Shown: positions 37,246-47,952, numbered from the stretch's first letter. The stretch is DNA of 64,000 nt from Bdellovibrionales bacterium (GCA_965243065.1 CBDETO010000005.1:987520-1051519), one strand, 5' to 3'. Numbers and translations are program-made. Notes: generated by a model from the letters alone, not told the origin.

Positions 37246-39162
37246 CTAAATGATCTTCTCTACAAAAACTTTCCTGTCTAAAAGCATATAAGCGCGTTCC
37301 ACACCCTCTTCTGAAATACGCAATAACATTTCATCATCATTACTATCATCATAGGTATCTTTTAATATAAAGTGTCCTGATCTAATACCCCCCAACCACC
37401 AACGATGATCCGATACATAAATACGATCTCCTTGTTTTGCTTTTAAGAGATCACAAACTTTTTTGGAAAGACCAATCTCTTCCCGATTTAGTTTCGAGTC
37501 TAACGATAACTTTAGTTTTGTTACTTGTTGACCTGGTTCTAAATTAGGCACACCACCTTTAAAAAAAGACATAGCTTTATCTAAAGTATCCGCTGTTAAA
37601 CCTGGGGCTTCTACATGATCTTTCTTACTCCACAGAGGGCGAGTAAGACAGGTCGTCACGCCAATCACCCCGGTTAAAATACTACCAAACACCGCTCTAA
37701 AATAAATAGGATCTCCAGACTCCGCACCCATAAAAAAAACTCTTAACCATAACACCGGCTCTGGAAATATGCCTGTTAAAACAGTTGCTGTTCCACCTAC
37801 TACCATAGCCAATATAGCGGATAAAGCATCAAATCGTCGCCAAAATAAAGCTATAAATACAGTAGTTACAACAGGAGGAATGATCGTCATAATGCCCTTA
37901 TAGTGTATGGACATTAAAGTCCCCTTTTGGCGAAAAAACCAAATGACTAATAGAAGACTAATGCCAATGACTAAAACAGAAGCTCCACGCGCTATCCGTA
38001 AATAATGTTTTTCGTTCTCGTTAGGCCGAATCAAGGGTTTATAAATATCATACACCCCAATAGCAGCAGAAGCGTTAATAAGAGTGTCCACTGTGGACAT
38101 AAGAGCCGCTAACAAAGCCGCGATCACCAAACCTAAAAGAAGTTCCTGCTGTTTTAACACTTCAAAAGCCACATTGATAAAGACACTATAAGTATCCGTC
38201 ACACTTAAAGCTTCATAGCCTGGTAAAGCGGATCCGATACTTTCTTGTTTTGTAATAATAGACTTAGCAATCCAACCAGCCACTCCCACAGTAAGAGCAG
38301 AAAGAGGAAGACAAACAAGCACATTAAATAAAGCTGTAATACGGGCTTGCTTGACACTCCTTATAGAAAGAAACCGCATAAGAATACCCTGGTTCATAAA
38401 TAAAAAGGCCGCACTCCCAACTAAAGCGTCTCCCCAAAAAACACCTACAGAGTTAAAGTGAGAGTTAGCATTTAAAGAAGTAAAAGGAAGACGATGGCTT
38501 ACAGGTAGATAAGACCAAAATTCCTCTATACCACCCAAAGCATAAATTCCAAAACCCACCACTAGGAAGCCTGCCAGGTAAAGCATTAAACCCTGAAATA
38601 AATCTGTTAAAATAACAGCCGTTTGACCGCCAAAGGTGACATAAAAACCGAGGATAAAAGTCACTATAGGAACTGTGTAAATAGGAGGAAAGCCAAATAG
38701 TCCATCTAAAGCTAAACCGATAGTATAGAGATTGTAACTAATATAATAAAAGATATAGGCTAAAATTAAAGTAACAGCTACATAACGAGCCGTACGATTA
38801 AATCGTCTTTCAAAATATTCGGGAACGGATTTAATTCGGTTGTAATATAATATAGGAAGCCAAGCAAAAACAAACACAGGCAATACAAACCATTCGTTCA
38901 TATAAACCATTGTGCTGCTCATTCCTGTATTAAAACCCTGTTCAGAGTACTTTAAATAACTATAAGAACCAATACCTGTGGCCACCATACTAAAAGCAGG
39001 AAGCCACCAGGAAAACCTCTGACCACTGAAAAAGAAATCATTGATATTAGAACTGAATCGAGAAAAATAAATACCGGCAAAGCTAATAAAAACAAAATAA
39101 AAAATAATAACCGCAAAAACAATAATAAGTGTTTTTTGGGGGAGAATATGACTTAGTTCCAT
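37246..39162 (-). CDS. sodium:solute symporter family transporter with extra C-terminal soluble domain
   Basis: 638 aa, about 13 hydrophobic helices. N-terminal FFFSGQRFSWW and GGQTAVILTDLFQG are typical of the SSF family. Confidence 0.7.
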   Translation of the reverse strand: MELSHILPQKTLIIVFAVIIFYFVFISFAGIYFSRFSSNINDFFFSGQRFSWWLPAFSMVATGIGSYSYLKYSEQGFNTGMSSTMVYMNEWFVLPVFVFAWLPILYYNRIKSVPEYFERRFNRTARYVAVTLILAYIFYYISYNLYTIGLALDGLFGFPPIYTVPIVTFILGFYVTFGGQTAVILTDLFQGLMLYLAGFLVVGFGIYALGGIEEFWSYLPVSHRLPFTSLNANSHFNSVGVFWGDALVGSAAFLFMNQGILMRFLSIRSVKQARITALFNVLVCLPLSALTVGVAGWIAKSIITKQESIGSALPGYEALSVTDTYSVFINVAFEVLKQQELLLGLVIAALLAALMSTVDTLINASAAIGVYDIYKPLIRPNENEKHYLRIARGASVLVIGISLLLVIWFFRQKGTLMSIHYKGIMTIIPPVVTTVFIALFWRRFDALSAILAMVVGGTATVLTGIFPEPVLWLRVFFMGAESGDPIYFRAVFGSILTGVIGVTTCLTRPLWSKKDHVEAPGLTADTLDKAMSFFKGGVPNLEPGQQVTKLKLSLDSKLNREEIGLSKKVCDLLKAKQGDRIYVSDHRWWLGGIRSGHFILKDTYDDSNDDEMLLRISEEGVERAYMLLDRKVFVEKII

Positions 39163-39494
39163 TATTACTCCAGATTCATTATCAGTACTCCCTTTTTAGG
39201 GATTTAAGCTCTGTCTGTCACTACAAAAATACTGCCTTTAATTTGCCTTGCATAAAAACCCTGCTCTGTCCAACCAGGAGAATATCTTTAAGCAACAAAG
39301 AACCCGAACCAATTAGAATCCCTATTCTCCATTGTCACAAGTTTCTCGAAGATCAAACTAAATCCATATAAAAAATATACAAAAATGTAAATATTTCATT
39401 AAAGTTTTTTATATTAGTAAAAATAGAACCTGATGTAGTATCTTTATAAGGTTCATGTTGGACTTAAACTCACTATTTAAGATAGTGACTTATT

Positions 39495-41186
39495 GTGTTT
39501 AGAAAAATAGAGGAATTGTTCATGTTTTTAAAAGGATTATATATGGCCGTCTTGCAGAACACTGTATCACTTTTAGCCGGGAGAATTTATTATCTCTCTT
39601 TGATTTTTTTAGTAACTGTCAATTCACAAGCTTTTTCTGCTTTAGCTTGTGAAGATTTTGCTCGATCACGCTACTCAACTTCCGTAAATGATGCGGCAAA
39701 AAGCTATAGGCAACTTCTCACTAGGTTGGCTCAGTCCAGCTTGAAAGTAAAAGAATTAAATCCTCAGCAGATAAAAGCTTTAGAGCATTACTATAGTGTG
39801 GTTCAAGGGGAGACAGGAAAAGACGGCACTTTTGCCAGAGCGGGTAATTATACGGTAGGCCAGAGAAGAAAGATCATAAAATACCTTGAGGACCAAGGGT
39901 TTTCCCGTGAACAAGTGAGAAGGTTAATAGAAGATGGAATAGTGGAAATTAATCGTGTAACAAGACCAAAGCTAAATACAAGGAGAATTTTAAATAATAT
40001 TAATGAGTTAAAACCTGTTTTTGCTGCAAACTCCGCACGCTCAGTAAAAGTAAATAAAGTGGAAAGAACAGATCATAATCTTTTAGTGAAAATAGAGAGA
40101 ATAGATCCTAAAACTGGTGAATTACTCACAGAAGATGTGATCATTCCTCTGCGTCCTAGTGAATTACTCATAGAAACACTGCTTATAGAAGCAGGTTGGT
40201 TGGTAAGTCCTGAATTTGAACTTGTATTTACTGCTGCTCGTTCCACCAGGAAAAAAGTGGATTCTAAGGACTTAAAACTTCCACCACCCACTAATGAAGA
40301 AACTAAATTATTGAAGCAAGATTATAAAGCCAGCTATACGAGAGGTTTAGATCAAGTTAATGAATGGGCCTATGTTCGCAGACGACTTCAAGAACTAAAG
40401 GCCAACCCTCGAATAACCCATATTGAGTATTTTGCGAATCAAATTCCTGATCATATTGCCCATATAAAAAGAGGTTTTGAAGAAAGTTATCTTGAGTCTC
40501 ATTTTTTTGGTAGCAAGTCGAAACAACTACAACACCTAGAGAGTCTGGAAGTAGAAGCAAAGAAAGCTATTGCAGGTAAGAAAGTCACTTATCAGTGGTG
40601 GCTAGAGTTTAACCATAAGTTATCTACAGTGATGGCAGGAGCCCATCCCGAAAATAGAGCGGACAGAGGCATGATTGAGGATGTAGTATCTGATTTTCCA
40701 TTAAAAATCATAATACCAACCACTATAGAAGATATAGGAATTATGGCTTTCAATATATCCAGGTTTGAAGGTGTGTATCCAGCAAGTGTGAGTAATAAAA
40801 ATAATAATAGTGCAGATGCTACACAATATACCTCCTCTGCTTTTTTTGCACATGATGTAGAACATTCTATATTTAACGGTAATAGGCTTTATATGGATTA
40901 TTCTATGAGCCATAGACTATTGCATAAAAGATTATTAGATAATATGGAAAGTCTCCCACCGAATAAAAGAAAAAAAGCGGAAAGGGTTTATTTTATTATG
41001 ACACATGAAAGTGATACCAATATTCTTAACTCTGATCTGACATTAAAAGAAATAAAAATCGCTATAATGGAAGATATTTCTGGCGTTTTTAAACTCTCCG
41101 ATGATCCTGCTCAAAAACAAAAAAAACTAGAAGATCTGGCCGACACTTTTATGGAAGTGTATAACCAGGCACAGCAACATCAATAA
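39495..41186 (+). CDS. hypothetical protein with N-terminal hydrophobic segment
   Basis: 563-aa ORF. Signal/anchor-like LSLIFLVTVNSQAFSALA. No motif recognised. Confidence 0.45.
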   Translation: MFRKIEELFMFLKGLYMAVLQNTVSLLAGRIYYLSLIFLVTVNSQAFSALACEDFARSRYSTSVNDAAKSYRQLLTRLAQSSLKVKELNPQQIKALEHYYSVVQGETGKDGTFARAGNYTVGQRRKIIKYLEDQGFSREQVRRLIEDGIVEINRVTRPKLNTRRILNNINELKPVFAANSARSVKVNKVERTDHNLLVKIERIDPKTGELLTEDVIIPLRPSELLIETLLIEAGWLVSPEFELVFTAARSTRKKVDSKDLKLPPPTNEETKLLKQDYKASYTRGLDQVNEWAYVRRRLQELKANPRITHIEYFANQIPDHIAHIKRGFEESYLESHFFGSKSKQLQHLESLEVEAKKAIAGKKVTYQWWLEFNHKLSTVMAGAHPENRADRGMIEDVVSDFPLKIIIPTTIEDIGIMAFNISRFEGVYPASVSNKNNNSADATQYTSSAFFAHDVEHSIFNGNRLYMDYSMSHRLLHKRLLDNMESLPPNKRKKAERVYFIMTHESDTNILNSDLTLKEIKIAIMEDISGVFKLSDDPAQKQKKLEDLADTFMEVYNQAQQHQ

Positions 41187-41343
41187 CAGTTTTACGAAAT
41201 GACTTAATAACTCTGACTCCATCTTATAACCTTTCAACAAATATTTCAGTATATTTAATATTATACCATCTGCATCTCTTTGTATTTGCATCATCTCTTT
41301 AAAAAGAAAAAATACTCTTTTAAAATTGAGCTTTCCTGACCCA

Positions 41344-41400
41344 CTTTTGAGATAAAAAAATCCGAATATTTAGAGGTAAAAATCCGGATTTCATTGTTTT
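41344..41400. repeat. AT-rich dispersed repeat (AAATCCGAATATTTAGA..AAAATCCGGATTT), copy 1
   Basis: About 55-nt match, in inverse orientation, to 48654..48720. Confidence 0.7.
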
Positions 41401-41453
41401 ATGCCCGAGTTTATAAAGACCTTTTTTTCTATATTGGGTCGGTGTTATCCCCT

Positions 41454-41774
41454 TTATCCTTTAAAGGGAAAATACACGGCTGCAAAAATCCATAACCCAT
41501 GAGCTAACATATTCCATGCAAGACCTAAAATAAAAAAAAAGAGCCACTTGCGTTCCCCAAGCACTTTAAAATGGATAGCCCTGGAGCGGATGAGTAAATA
41601 TATACCTAAAATAAAAAAAGGAAGTCCAAACCCATAAATATATAAGTAACTGGATAAAAAATGAGCCTCACCTAAGTGAGAAACCAACCATCGAGGAAAG
41701 AAAAAAGCAGAATAAGCGAAAAAACACAACAGTGAAGAAGTAATAAAAATATTTTTGCCTTGAACCCACTTCAT
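41454..41774 (-). CDS. small integral membrane protein
   Basis: 106 aa with 3-4 hydrophobic helices. Confidence 0.4.
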   Translation of the reverse strand: MKWVQGKNIFITSSLLCFFAYSAFFFPRWLVSHLGEAHFLSSYLYIYGFGLPFFILGIYLLIRSRAIHFKVLGERKWLFFFILGLAWNMLAHGLWIFAAVYFPFKG

Positions 41775-41859
41775 TGGTGTTTATTCCGAACCGGTAAGGA
41801 TTTTGTGCGCTTCATAACTTCGCTTTCCCTGGAGAAATACAACTTATGATGAGGAAAAA

Positions 41860-42612
41860 TTAGTCTTTAGAGAGGGGCAGAGGATGGCAACTTCCCCCTA
41901 TCATTTCCAAATAGGCACACTCACGATAACCCATAGACATTACCTCCGCCAACCTGGACATTTCTATGACATAGACATTTATATCGGCTGTATTCTCTCC
42001 ACAAGAGAAATTATGACGCATACCATCGTTAGCCTTGTATTGCTGATAAACCATAATTTCCGCTTCAATCAACTCCTGCTCCATAGCCTTAACATCCACT
42101 CCTGACCCCAGATGGCATTGTTTTTGCTCGGCTGTTTTATAAACACTTGTAACAAAGAGGCTTTTCCCTGTCATCAGCTCCGTATAAGATAAAGCATGAC
42201 ATTCTCCCCCTTCCTCCTGAAGTTCCTTACACAAACGAAACCCTAATTCTTTAACCTGCTCATAAAACTCTACGGGTACAGAAACCACATTAATAGTTGG
42301 AGAGTTCACATCCTCCCTATCTTCTAAGGCATACCGCAAACCATCGTAACCGATATAGCTTGATAACACAGTTACACCTTTTGCATTTAACTCCATCTGC
42401 ACATCCCAAGGCTCTAAAGGTAGTTCTCCATCACCAGCAGCTAAATACATTTGAATTATGTCCTGATTAAACAGCCACTGTTCTATAGATGCTTGTACAT
42501 CCTCAGCTTGTGCATCCTCAGCTTGTTCCGATCCAACTTCATCCATTGCTCCATAAGATGGTTGTATCAATATTAGAGAAAAAATAATCATTAAGCTTAA
42601 AACTTTTTTCAT
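41860..42612 (-). CDS. secreted hypothetical protein with internal duplication
   Basis: Signal peptide MKKVLSLMIIFSLILIQPSYG. Two related halves: GFRLCKELQEEGGECHAL and GYRECAYLEMIGGSCHPL. Confidence 0.5.
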   Translation of the reverse strand: MKKVLSLMIIFSLILIQPSYGAMDEVGSEQAEDAQAEDVQASIEQWLFNQDIIQMYLAAGDGELPLEPWDVQMELNAKGVTVLSSYIGYDGLRYALEDREDVNSPTINVVSVPVEFYEQVKELGFRLCKELQEEGGECHALSYTELMTGKSLFVTSVYKTAEQKQCHLGSGVDVKAMEQELIEAEIMVYQQYKANDGMRHNFSCGENTADINVYVIEMSRLAEVMSMGYRECAYLEMIGGSCHPLPLSKD

Positions 42613-42886
42613 AATGCAAAAACCCCCTTAAAATATAAACCCATAATGATAAAGCACATTTCATCTCCCCAGTGAAGAAAATATATTCCAGAGCTTATCA
42701 AAAAAGATAAAAAAGTCCAACTATAAAAACACCCTTATTGTAGCCTGTCTTCTCGAAGTTGATCCCTATTATGAGAGCCTATTCTCGTGCGGAGCGGGGA
42801 GTGCGGATCAAACCCTCTGGATTTAACGAAAAAACCAAAGCCTTTTACTTTACTTAAAGTACAAAAAATTATAGATTTTTCGTGCT

Positions 42887-43687
42887 ATGAACTTAACAAG
42901 CACCAGTGAATGCGAAAAATATTTGGATTTTCAGCCTGAAAAGTCCTGGCCAAACAATTGGCCCCCCTTTGCTTGGGAAAACAAGCTCATTTCCGGTTTT
43001 AGCTGTAAGAATCAGCATGTTTTGAATTTTTCCTCTGCGGAGGTGAATTTTTTACACCTATTTCACACTTGCCATCCCCAACTGAATTTTTCGGAATTAG
43101 GTCGCATTATCCTAAAATGGGGCGATAGGGAAAAGCCTATTTGCTCATGGAAAGAGTTTTTCTCTCTATACGGATTTCATCAAAATACAGAGTCACTTAT
43201 TCAGCAACTTAAAGTTTTTATATCCACTCCTGTATCCTTTCAAAATTGGGTGAATAAAAAAGAAGTCCATCTCTCTGAGTTGCGTATTCTTAATTCACTG
43301 GAAAATGTAAAACAAATTTACTTTATTTTTGAATGGATAGCCGAACACAGCCCATCTCATTCCTATGGAATAAAAATACTGGAACTAGGAGTGGAGTTAT
43401 TTTTGATGAACCTGGAACCCGATAAAATTCTAAAAGCCCATCTCTCCCCGGAAAAAGCTATGCAAGAAATGGAGAAAAAGCGTCATCCCATTTCCTCTTC
43501 TAAAGATCAAATGCAAAAAGATAATTTAAAAAAAATAATCTGGCCTTCCCATGTCACAGCTGGGTGGCAGAGAAAAGGCGATACCACCGGATTGGAAATT
43601 AAGATATGGTGTCATAATCAAAAAGAGCTAGAAAAAAAACTCAACAAAATGAGTCAATTATCCCTATTTCAAAAACTAAAAAAATAA
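42887..43687 (+). CDS. hypothetical protein
   Basis: 266-aa ORF. No motif recognised. Confidence 0.4.
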   Translation: MNLTSTSECEKYLDFQPEKSWPNNWPPFAWENKLISGFSCKNQHVLNFSSAEVNFLHLFHTCHPQLNFSELGRIILKWGDREKPICSWKEFFSLYGFHQNTESLIQQLKVFISTPVSFQNWVNKKEVHLSELRILNSLENVKQIYFIFEWIAEHSPSHSYGIKILELGVELFLMNLEPDKILKAHLSPEKAMQEMEKKRHPISSSKDQMQKDNLKKIIWPSHVTAGWQRKGDTTGLEIKIWCHNQKELEKKLNKMSQLSLFQKLKK

Positions 43688-43707
43688 AAATTTATAAAGC
43701 CAAACTG

Positions 43708-43908
43708 ATGAAAGATCAGGAAGCCTCTGTACGAAAAGCAGTAGTTACAGCTTTCAAAAGCATAGAGAATCCATCTGGTTATCAGGCTTTCACAAACATA
43801 AAAGATATACAAAGAGCTACGAATATTCTAAAACATTTAATCAAAGATCAAGATAAGGATGTGCGTATATTGGCCATACAAACTATGGGTAAAGTAAATC
43901 AAAACTAG
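43708..43908 (+). CDS. small HEAT-repeat-like protein (possibly a remnant)
   Basis: 66 aa. KDQEASVRKAVVTAF and KDQDKDVRILAIQTMGKV resemble PBS-lyase/HEAT repeats. Confidence 0.3.
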   Translation: MKDQEASVRKAVVTAFKSIENPSGYQAFTNIKDIQRATNILKHLIKDQDKDVRILAIQTMGKVNQN

Positions 43909-44025
43909 ATGTTTATACAATGTTCTGTTTTTAATGATTTACAAAGTACTTAATGGCAGCTATACTGATTGTGTTTATTATGAATAAAATCACACTCAAA
44001 ATAAACCGTTACCCCTAAAAAGATA

Positions 44026-45180
44026 ATGATTAAAAAAAACCTCATCAAACAATTTCAAAACATCTATGTTGAAGAAAAGTCCTTAGATTCGGAATCAGCT
44101 AAAAGAGCTTTTCAAATATTTCCTCAAAATCGCATTCACATTATTAAAGATAAGTCAGAATTAAAACATCTCTCCAATATGAGCGCGAGTCAATTTAATC
44201 AGAGTAAAAAAAACCTGTTGCTTTGCACTTTTAAAGGCAAGTTTTTTAAAAGATGCCCTGGAGCCCGTCCGGGTCTCATTTGTTGCAACTATTTTGTATT
44301 AAATCTGGGGCAACATTGTGAAATGGATTGCTCTTACTGCTATCTTCAAAGTCTCATTAATTTTCCTTTTGTCACTATTTACACCAATATTGAAGATGCT
44401 TTAAACGAGCTATCAGGAATAGCCTCTGAAATGAAAGACCATAAACTGCGCATTGGCACAGGGGAAATTACAGACAGCCTCAGCTTAGACGATATCACTC
44501 TCTACTCCACTCACCTTGTGAATTACTTCAAGCAATACCCTCATTGGACTTTGGAATTTAAAACCAAGTCGGCTAATATTAAAAACTTTGTTCATAAAAA
44601 ACATCGTGGAAACATCATTGTCAGCTGGTCTCTCAATCCCCAATACATTGTTGAAAAAGAAGAACATGGTACAGCCAGTTTAAAAGAAAGACTGAATGCG
44701 GCCCGCCTTTGCCGAGACAAAAAATTTCCGGTCGCTTTTCATTTGGACCCGATTATTTATCATACAGAATGGGAAAAAAACTACTCTGATATGATTCAAA
44801 AAATCACTTCTTTATTTAAACCCGAAGAAGTGTTTCATATCTCCCTAGGAGCTTTACGCTTTCAGCCGGAGCAAAGGCATATTATGAGAGAAAGGTTTGG
44901 AATGGAGTCTTTAGTAACAAAGGGAGAGTATTTTAAAAGCAAAGACGGCAAACTGAGATACGACAGCCAGTTAAGACAGAAAATGTTTCAATTTATTTTT
45001 TCAAAATTTAAAAAACATCATCCTCAATGGAATATCTTTTTATGTATGGAAGATAAAGAAAACTGGCTAGCTGCAACAAGCCAACTACCTTCTAAAATAG
45101 AGCAAACTAAAGATCTGTTTAACTTAAAATCCGTACGCACTTTTTCTCGTTTCTCTAATGAAAAAATGAAAAATGCCTGA
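44026..45180 (+). CDS. radical SAM protein of the spore-photoproduct-lyase (SplB) family
   Basis: 384 aa. CEMDCSYCYLQS (CxxxCxxC) preceded by CPG...CCNY, as in SPL-like DNA repair lyases. Confidence 0.7.
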   Translation: MIKKNLIKQFQNIYVEEKSLDSESAKRAFQIFPQNRIHIIKDKSELKHLSNMSASQFNQSKKNLLLCTFKGKFFKRCPGARPGLICCNYFVLNLGQHCEMDCSYCYLQSLINFPFVTIYTNIEDALNELSGIASEMKDHKLRIGTGEITDSLSLDDITLYSTHLVNYFKQYPHWTLEFKTKSANIKNFVHKKHRGNIIVSWSLNPQYIVEKEEHGTASLKERLNAARLCRDKKFPVAFHLDPIIYHTEWEKNYSDMIQKITSLFKPEEVFHISLGALRFQPEQRHIMRERFGMESLVTKGEYFKSKDGKLRYDSQLRQKMFQFIFSKFKKHHPQWNIFLCMEDKENWLAATSQLPSKIEQTKDLFNLKSVRTFSRFSNEKMKNA

Positions 45181-45880
45181 AAAAAAGATTTTTCTTACAG
45201 CCCATTGGAACTACCTTTTGTTATTTAATTATGCCGTTCCTGAGCATTTTTTAACTCCTTTTTTACCTAAAGGCTGTGAACTAGCTTTGTGGAATAACCA
45301 AGCCTTTATCAGTATTGTGGGTTTTCAGTTCAATCACACCCGGGTTTTTAAAATTAAATGGCCTTTTTTTACTCACTTTATAGAAATCAATCTGAGATTT
45401 TATGTCCTTTATAAAGAGAAAAGAGCAGTTTGTTTTATAAGGGAGTATGTACCTTCCTACCTGATTGCGGGTATAGCTCGTATTCTTTATAATGAACCCT
45501 ATAAAACCGAAAAAATCACCAGCTTTTTTGAACAAGACAATGAAACACTGAAATTACAATATGGTTTATCTGTGAAAAACCACCCTTTTACTATGAGTGT
45601 AACAGCTAATAATAAACCTTATATGCCAGAGAAAAATACAGCTGAGTTTTTTTTTAAAGAACATGATCTGGGTGTAGGGCAAACCCGTAAAGGAAAAACT
45701 CTTCTGTATAATGTTCATCATCCTGAGTGGAGAGTGTTCCCTATAGAAAAACACTCTATTGAAATAGACTGGGTTTTTTTCTTTGGTTCGGCCTTTGCCT
45801 TTTTAGAAAATAAAGACCCACACTTTGTGTTTCTGGCTGAAGGTTCTCCTGTGGAAGTTTATCATCATGCAGTTGTGTAA
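45173..45880 (+). CDS. DUF2071-like (YqjF-like) protein
   Basis: 235 aa. LTAHWNYLLLFNYAVPEHFLTPFLPKG...AFISIVGF resembles the DUF2071 N-terminus. Overlaps the SplB-like gene by 8 nt. Confidence 0.5.
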   Translation: MPEKKIFLTAHWNYLLLFNYAVPEHFLTPFLPKGCELALWNNQAFISIVGFQFNHTRVFKIKWPFFTHFIEINLRFYVLYKEKRAVCFIREYVPSYLIAGIARILYNEPYKTEKITSFFEQDNETLKLQYGLSVKNHPFTMSVTANNKPYMPEKNTAEFFFKEHDLGVGQTRKGKTLLYNVHHPEWRVFPIEKHSIEIDWVFFFGSAFAFLENKDPHFVFLAEGSPVEVYHHAVV

Positions 45881-45988
45881 AAAATGATTCCTACCAACTT
45901 GTCCACTTTTCTTGGACGATCCAATATAGTACCAATTTTACATAAGTATGTTGAATTAGTACTAATATTATGGGATGATATAGAGAAT

Positions 45989-46185
45989 ATGTTTAAAAGG
46001 GAAGCGGAAAAATTATTAGAAATTTAGCATCCTCTTATCCTGTCGTGGCTATAACAGGTCCTAGACAGTCTGGAAAAACCACACTGTTCAACTCTATCCT
46101 CCCTCCTAGGTGTCATCCACAAGTCGCGTTCAAACCTTTTAATACACTACTACTGGACTACTACTGGGTGGATTTTGGAGGATGA
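45989..46185 (+). pseudogene. 5' remnant of a COG1373/DUF4143-type ATPase gene (stop plus frameshift)
   Basis: ATG 45989 gives MFKREAEKLLEI*. The next frame reads SSYPVVAITGPRQSGKTTLFNSI..., a Walker A context like the intact gene at 36007, and then terminates. Confidence 0.55.
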
Positions 46186-46624
46186 TTTGTCGCAAGTGGT
46201 GTAACGGCTTAATACGAACTTTTTCTCCCGTTGCCTCGTATTTCCCCAAGATCCACCACCATTTGGATTCTGAGGGGGATTTTTTATGCATACAAGCCAC
46301 CAACGATGGCACCATTTTGACTTGAATTTGTTTTCTTTTATTATCCACACTGGTACTCCTTCCTTGTTTGTGAACGAAAAAAGAGTCAACAACAGATATT
46401 TTACAAAAACATTATCAACTATTCGCCATCATCTCGAAAAACAAACCTCGGGAAAATAATAAAACAAAAAAATATATTAACACTACTTGTAGAAATACAT
46501 ACATCCCTTTTTTTGGTTTGGAAACAGGCTGGCTTTCAAATATGATTCTGTTACACTAATAGATAGATTTGAAATTTTTAGCAAATTATGACGTGATAAC
46601 AGTTTGTTTATAACTAATTAATAA

Positions 46625-47800
46625 TTAATGAGCGGGAGAATCACCGTACCCGACAGGAGCACCACAAAATATAGGTTTTCCATTATAAGTTTTAGAGTGG
46701 CTGTGACCCTTATCCCCGGTCGCCGGTCCACAGTTTATAGTACGGTGCTGACATTTACTGCCAGTAAAATAAGGACCTATCGGTGTGCCTTTTTCTACCT
46801 GACATGTGCAAGTTTTCTGCCATTTATGAGTATGTAATCCTCCAACATTTTCTCCTTCACCACAGAACCGATGACTACCCAAGTTCTCTCTCGTGAAAGT
46901 GTGTGTTATATATTCTTTTTTTGGTTGTGGTCGTCTTGGTGGTCTTGGTTTGTAAATGATGGATCCCGTAGTTGATCCGCTACTGGACCCCGTAGTTGAG
47001 CTAGATGTACTAGGTAGTGATACTACTGTACCTGATCCCGCCGGTCCCCTAGGCCCTGGGGGCCCTGGAGGTACCGGATGACATGTTTTAATACCACTAC
47101 TATTAAATCCTCCTAAATACTGTCCTGATGGACAAATCTGCGAACCAATAAGAGTGGATCTGTTTAAGCAGATCTTATTACCATTACTATCAAAGCCTTT
47201 TAAGTATTCATTAGTTGCACACTCCCCTAAATCCTGACAGATTTTATTCCCATTACTATCAAATCCCTTTAAGTACTTGCCTGATCCACAACTAATACCT
47301 GCTATATGATTCTCCCCCAATCCTGCACAATTTTGCACATCACATACCTCTACATTCGGACTGGCATTGTTCTCTAACTTATACTTCAAACTACATCCCT
47401 GAAAATAACAACCCTCTACATTAGAACTGTTACAGGGCTTATCCTCCATTGTCCCCACTCCCTTCTTCTTGTAATAAACTATAAAATCCCTAATCACTGT
47501 ACTGGTCTTGGGATTACCTGTACCACTACCCGTAAAATCCATCTTCACTACCTCTAAAGTATTTTTAAAACCACCCACCTTTACTAAAGTGGTATCCTCT
47601 ACATTCGGGTCACCTAAACCCTGTATGAGCGTGCTTACTGTACCTTTACCATTGGTGGCACTTATACCCCCACTGCTGGGTTTGAGATTAGCCTTACACG
47701 GAATAGTATTGGTTAATACTTTACTTATAGACCATATAAGGGACTGCTCGGCTGAGGAGGCTTGAATGGTTTTAGAGGAATGAAGAGAAACAGCAATCAT
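46625..47800 (-). CDS. pilin-like modular surface protein, paralogue of 32882..35764; its prepilin leader lies upstream (to ~47950) and lacks an in-frame start codon
   Basis: The track ORF starts at an internal Met. The same frame upstream reads LKRNKG|LSIIEALAAAFIGGVVLAGTGK. The next ~150 aa align with the 960-aa paralogue (CKANLKP, NPKT.TV.R.F.VYY.KK, GCYF..C.L.Y.LEN). The C-terminus has Cys-rich YLKGFDSNGNKIC repeats, GPPGPRGPAGSG, an S/T-rich linker and HxH motifs. Confidence 0.7.
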   Translation of the reverse strand: MIAVSLHSSKTIQASSAEQSLIWSISKVLTNTIPCKANLKPSSGGISATNGKGTVSTLIQGLGDPNVEDTTLVKVGGFKNTLEVVKMDFTGSGTGNPKTSTVIRDFIVYYKKKGVGTMEDKPCNSSNVEGCYFQGCSLKYKLENNASPNVEVCDVQNCAGLGENHIAGISCGSGKYLKGFDSNGNKICQDLGECATNEYLKGFDSNGNKICLNRSTLIGSQICPSGQYLGGFNSSGIKTCHPVPPGPPGPRGPAGSGTVVSLPSTSSSTTGSSSGSTTGSIIYKPRPPRRPQPKKEYITHTFTRENLGSHRFCGEGENVGGLHTHKWQKTCTCQVEKGTPIGPYFTGSKCQHRTINCGPATGDKGHSHSKTYNGKPIFCGAPVGYGDSPAH

Positions 47801-47952
47801 TTTCCCTGTTCCCGCTAAGACAACTCCTCCTATAAAAGCCGCTGCTAAAGCCTCTATAATAGATAAACCTTTATTGCGTTTAAGAGGATTATACCGGTTC
47901 GGTTTAAGAACACGCTGAGACTTGACTTTTATCTCATTTTGAGACGAAAATG

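Noticed and set aside
46139-46392. Transposase or toxin-antitoxin call for the two overlapping minus-strand ORFs
   Set aside because: I could not recognise any DDE, HTH or toxin motif. They are only noted as a probable frameshifted remnant.
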